The notes below the pieces were generated by a model that worked only from the letters and a program-made list of their open reading frames with translations, made no database searches and was not told the origin of the DNA. DNA of 64,000 bases from Amoebidium appalachense (lineage: Eukaryota; Protista; Ichthyosporea), in NCBI GenBank assembly GCA_963693365.1, contig CAVNZM010000002.1:3426259-3490258 (forward strand), in the 5' to 3' direction. Shown here piece by piece: positions 60,464 through 64,000 of this stretch. Numbering within the stretch: position 1 is the stretch's first letter; each line of letters begins with the position of its first letter. Made by a program: the position numbers and the translations under genes.

Positions 60464-60590
60464 ACACACACACACACACACCAGAACGGTCTCGCCTATG
60501 CTGTATACTCTACAGGTGATTTTCGGTACTCTGCAGTGTGTTGTCCGTTGTGAAAATGCAATTGGGTAACATATGCTACCCAACTCCCCC

Positions 60591-60638
<48 letters not shown>

Positions 60639-60961
60639 CCCTCTCCTGGGTCCCACTATACATCCCTGTGGTTTATGGTTGTGGACTAAAAGGTTTGCAT
60701 TTTTGCAAAAGTTTTATCTTTCGTTTGCCATCCCCTGCCGTATACATAGATTACTGATGAGGTGACCTCCAGAACCTGCTTCTCTACCCCCCCCCCCCCC
60801 CCCCCCCCCTTCCTTGAAGAAGGGTTCTGCTTATGTTGCAGAGTGCCCGCGTTGCTGATCATCATGATGTTGCATACTTGCATGTTTGCATTTACTTGTA
60901 ACCTGCACCGTGTTTCTGGTCGTGTAGTTGTTCTTCGTGCTGTCTTCAGCATTCTACCCAG

Positions 60962-60999
<38 letters not shown>

Positions 61000-61044
61000 A
61001 CCTTTTCAACACTCTACACAACCCCCTCCCCCCAAACTTCCCCT

Positions 61045-61157
61045 AATGTCTTCTGCCTGCACGCTCAATTGCTTATTTTGGATCTCCCCACTTTTGTGAC
61101 GTTTTGTTGTTGCACTTTGTTGTCTCCTCCATATTTCCAACCCTCTAACGCATACAT
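61045..61157 (+). repeat. Subfamily C relative
   Basis: TTTTGTGACGTTTTGTTGTTG..CTCCTCCATATTTCCAACCCTCTAAC shared with 28055-28115. Confidence 0.78.
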
Positions 61158-61190
61158 CCCCCCCCCCCCCCCCCCCCCCCCAAAACCCCA

Positions 61191-61234
<44 letters not shown>

Positions 61235-61235
61235 C

Positions 61236-61276
<41 letters not shown>

Positions 61277-61890
61277 ACACACACACACACGTCAGTCCCT
61301 CCCCTATTCCACATCTTTTGGTTCCCATAATCCTCGATCTCTTTATAACTACGATCACTGGTTATTCCTTAAATATCCTCTTTGCCAGTTGCCTCCCCAC
61401 TCCCCTCCCCTCTCCCCCCCCGCCCCCCCCTCCCCCTCCCCCCTCCCCCCCCCCCCCACACACACACACATTTTTCACGGTAGCCCCCCCCCCCCCTCCC
61501 CCCCTTAACACCTGCACCGCCTACTCTGTTGTGTATGTTTCAGATCCTAAAACTCAAATCCCCCCCCCCCCCCCCCCCCCCCCCTCCCCCTCCCCCCCCC
61601 CCCCCCCCCCCCCCCCCGGCCCTCTCCCCCCTTCTCTCCGAGGGGGTGAAGGGGTCGAAACTTAGGTGCTGTGGGTGATTTGGGTCCCTCTTAGGGATGG
61701 GCTTTTTATTATGTTGTCCGTTATGAATGCAGGGGCCTTGGTATTAGTAGGTACTCAACTAGTAACGAATACTAACCCCCCCCCCCCCCCCCCCCCCCGT
61801 GGGACTTAGGCCCCCCTAGGATCCAAGTTGGGCTCTACTAATGGTGCATGGTTTCTGAGTTCATTTGCAAAATTATCGTGTGCTGTGCTT

Positions 61891-61945
<55 letters not shown>

Positions 61946-62634
61946 TTTCCGGGGCCCCCAATGAATCCCGTGTTGCCATGTGTTGCCATGGTGCGCGGAA
62001 CAGGCCATTTTCGTTTATGACGGCTCGGTTGGCAAACACGCCACAATGGCACAATGCCCACACCCCACCCTACCCTCCCATGGTCCCCTCCCGGGCCCCC
62101 CACTCTTCCAGCCCTTCATATATGCCGTGGGGGCTAGCCATCCAGAATATTAAATTTTCCAAAAATCCTAGCGCTAAAATCTTATATTCGGAATTTAGCC
62201 TACCCCTGTAACTGGTAGGGGGGCCAGTCAGGGTTCGAAGGACGGTGGAGCCCATTAACGGAAGTCGAAATCCAGTTTCGGAAAACCTCTTCGAAAATCG
62301 GAATGCTCCGTCGGAGCAGGCCCACCAAAAATCGTAATCATCGCGCATCAGTAAACTAGGGCATGCTTATTTGTGCCTATATTGCACCAAAATGTAATTA
62401 TAATGCATACTCAAAAACCCCTGTGGTTATTAGAGGCCTTCCTGGTGTTGGCAGTTGAAGCTTTGAAGGAATAAAAGGGAAATATGAAGTGCATTAATGC
62501 ACAATATATATGTACATTTTGTCTCCGTATTTAAAAATATGGGGAGGGGGGGGGGGGGGGGGGGGGGTGAGTTGAGGCAGCAACATGGGAAGCTCAGGCA
62601 GAAATCGAATGTTTTGGGGGGGGCCGGGAGAGGT

Positions 62635-62665
<31 letters not shown>

Positions 62666-62861
62666 AGAAAATCAGGTTGGGTGGTTGTGTCTGTGTTTGT
62701 GTGTGTGTGAGTATTTTTCTTTGCAATTGTGTGTGTGTGTGTGTGGTGGGTATGTATGCACGGTTTGTGTGTCTGTGTGTATGTGTACAGGTGTGGGTGT
62801 GTGTATTTGTGTCAGCGGTAATCGGTGTGTGTGTCTATGTTGTGTGCATGTGTGCACATGT

Positions 62862-62903
<42 letters not shown>

Positions 62904-63090
62904 ATGACATTGTGTGCATGTGTGTGTGTGTTTTGCGTCAACGGTTATGGTGTGCGTGTATGTATGTACAGTGTGTATATGTATGTGTGTGTGTGTGCAG
63001 TGTGGTGTGTATGTATGCAGGGTGTGTGTGTCTGTGTATGTGTGTGTACATGCCAGTGTGGGTGTGTGTGTTTGTACCAACAATTTCTTG

Positions 63091-63125
<35 letters not shown>

Positions 63126-63178
63126 GCCACGGAGTGTGTGTGCGTGCGCCGTGTACATGGTGTGTGTGTGCAGCGTAA

Positions 63179-63209
<31 letters not shown>

Positions 63210-63539
63210 TGTTTGTGTGTGTATGTGGGTGGGTGGGTGCATAGCATGTGATTGTACAGGGTGGATGCATGTGCACGTTTGTAATACAGTTATCATGATC
63301 TGAGATAGTATGTGCCTGCGCACGTGTACTAGCCTAGGTCACATGATTGTGTGGTGTCACGGCTGTGTATGTATGTGCATGTGCGTCTTTGAACGGAACA
63401 CAGTGGTGCACAGTGTGTGTATCGCCTGCCATTGAAGACGCGTGCCACTGATCGTGATACACGTGGCACCTGCACCTGGTGGCCGTCGACTCTGAGCATC
63501 TAGATCCATTCCATGTTTAGGCCTTCCTGGGGGGAATGT

Positions 63540-63570
<31 letters not shown>

Positions 63571-64000
63571 GGGGAGTACTAGTAGGGGGGGGGGGGGGGA
63601 AGGATCCGCCTGAGGGGGGGGGGGGGGGGGGGGGAGGGGTGAGGCCGGAGCGGCGGTGGGGGAGAAGGAGGGGCAGCACTGGTGGAGGGAACAGTGGGCA
63701 GCGGAGGAGGGGGGAATGGGGTTCGATTTCTGGGGGTGGGGGAGTTTTGAAGTGAAGGCCGGCCTATATCCAGTGATATACATGCGCAGGCATGTGCATT
63801 GTATGCTCATGTGGCCATGCATGGCTATGATGCATATGTGGTGTCACGGCTGTGTGTGTGTGAATTTGTGTGTGGGTGTCTGTGTGTGCGTGTGTGTGTG
63901 TGTGTGCGCGCGCGTGGGTGTGTGCATAAATGTGTTTGGTGTGACAACATGTACATGTGCTAGCTGGCGCTGTAGTCAGGGTCTGCCATTGAACATTCTA

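Overview
Eukaryotic, very intron-rich DNA, probably a unicellular holozoan or other protist (inference). Almost all ORFs in the supplied track are artefacts of poly-C/poly-G and (CA)n/(GT)n microsatellites. Bases 408-46882 (+) hold the 3' part of an inositol 1,4,5-trisphosphate receptor (IP3R/ITPR) gene. I assembled it by hand into 60 phase-consistent exons (about 2830 codons) running from the IP3-binding core to the stop codon; one intron uses a GC donor. One intron contains a tRNA-Thr(AGT). Downstream are a 5'-truncated RNase H-containing LINE on the minus strand with a 14-bp target-site duplication (53064-56675) and an intronless bacterial-type GNAT acetyltransferase (59078-59926). The most unusual signal is a family of short non-coding repeats (at least 7 clear copies plus older relatives). 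They are always oriented with the C-rich strand and always end directly in a poly-C run. They carry the hammerhead core motifs (GUH, GAAA, CUGANGA) with covarying stems, but in a non-canonical strand order. The introns are also unusual: C-runs sit right after weak donors, and (CA)n, (GC)n or A-runs replace the polypyrimidine tract. Homopolymer lengths are probably unreliable in this assembly.
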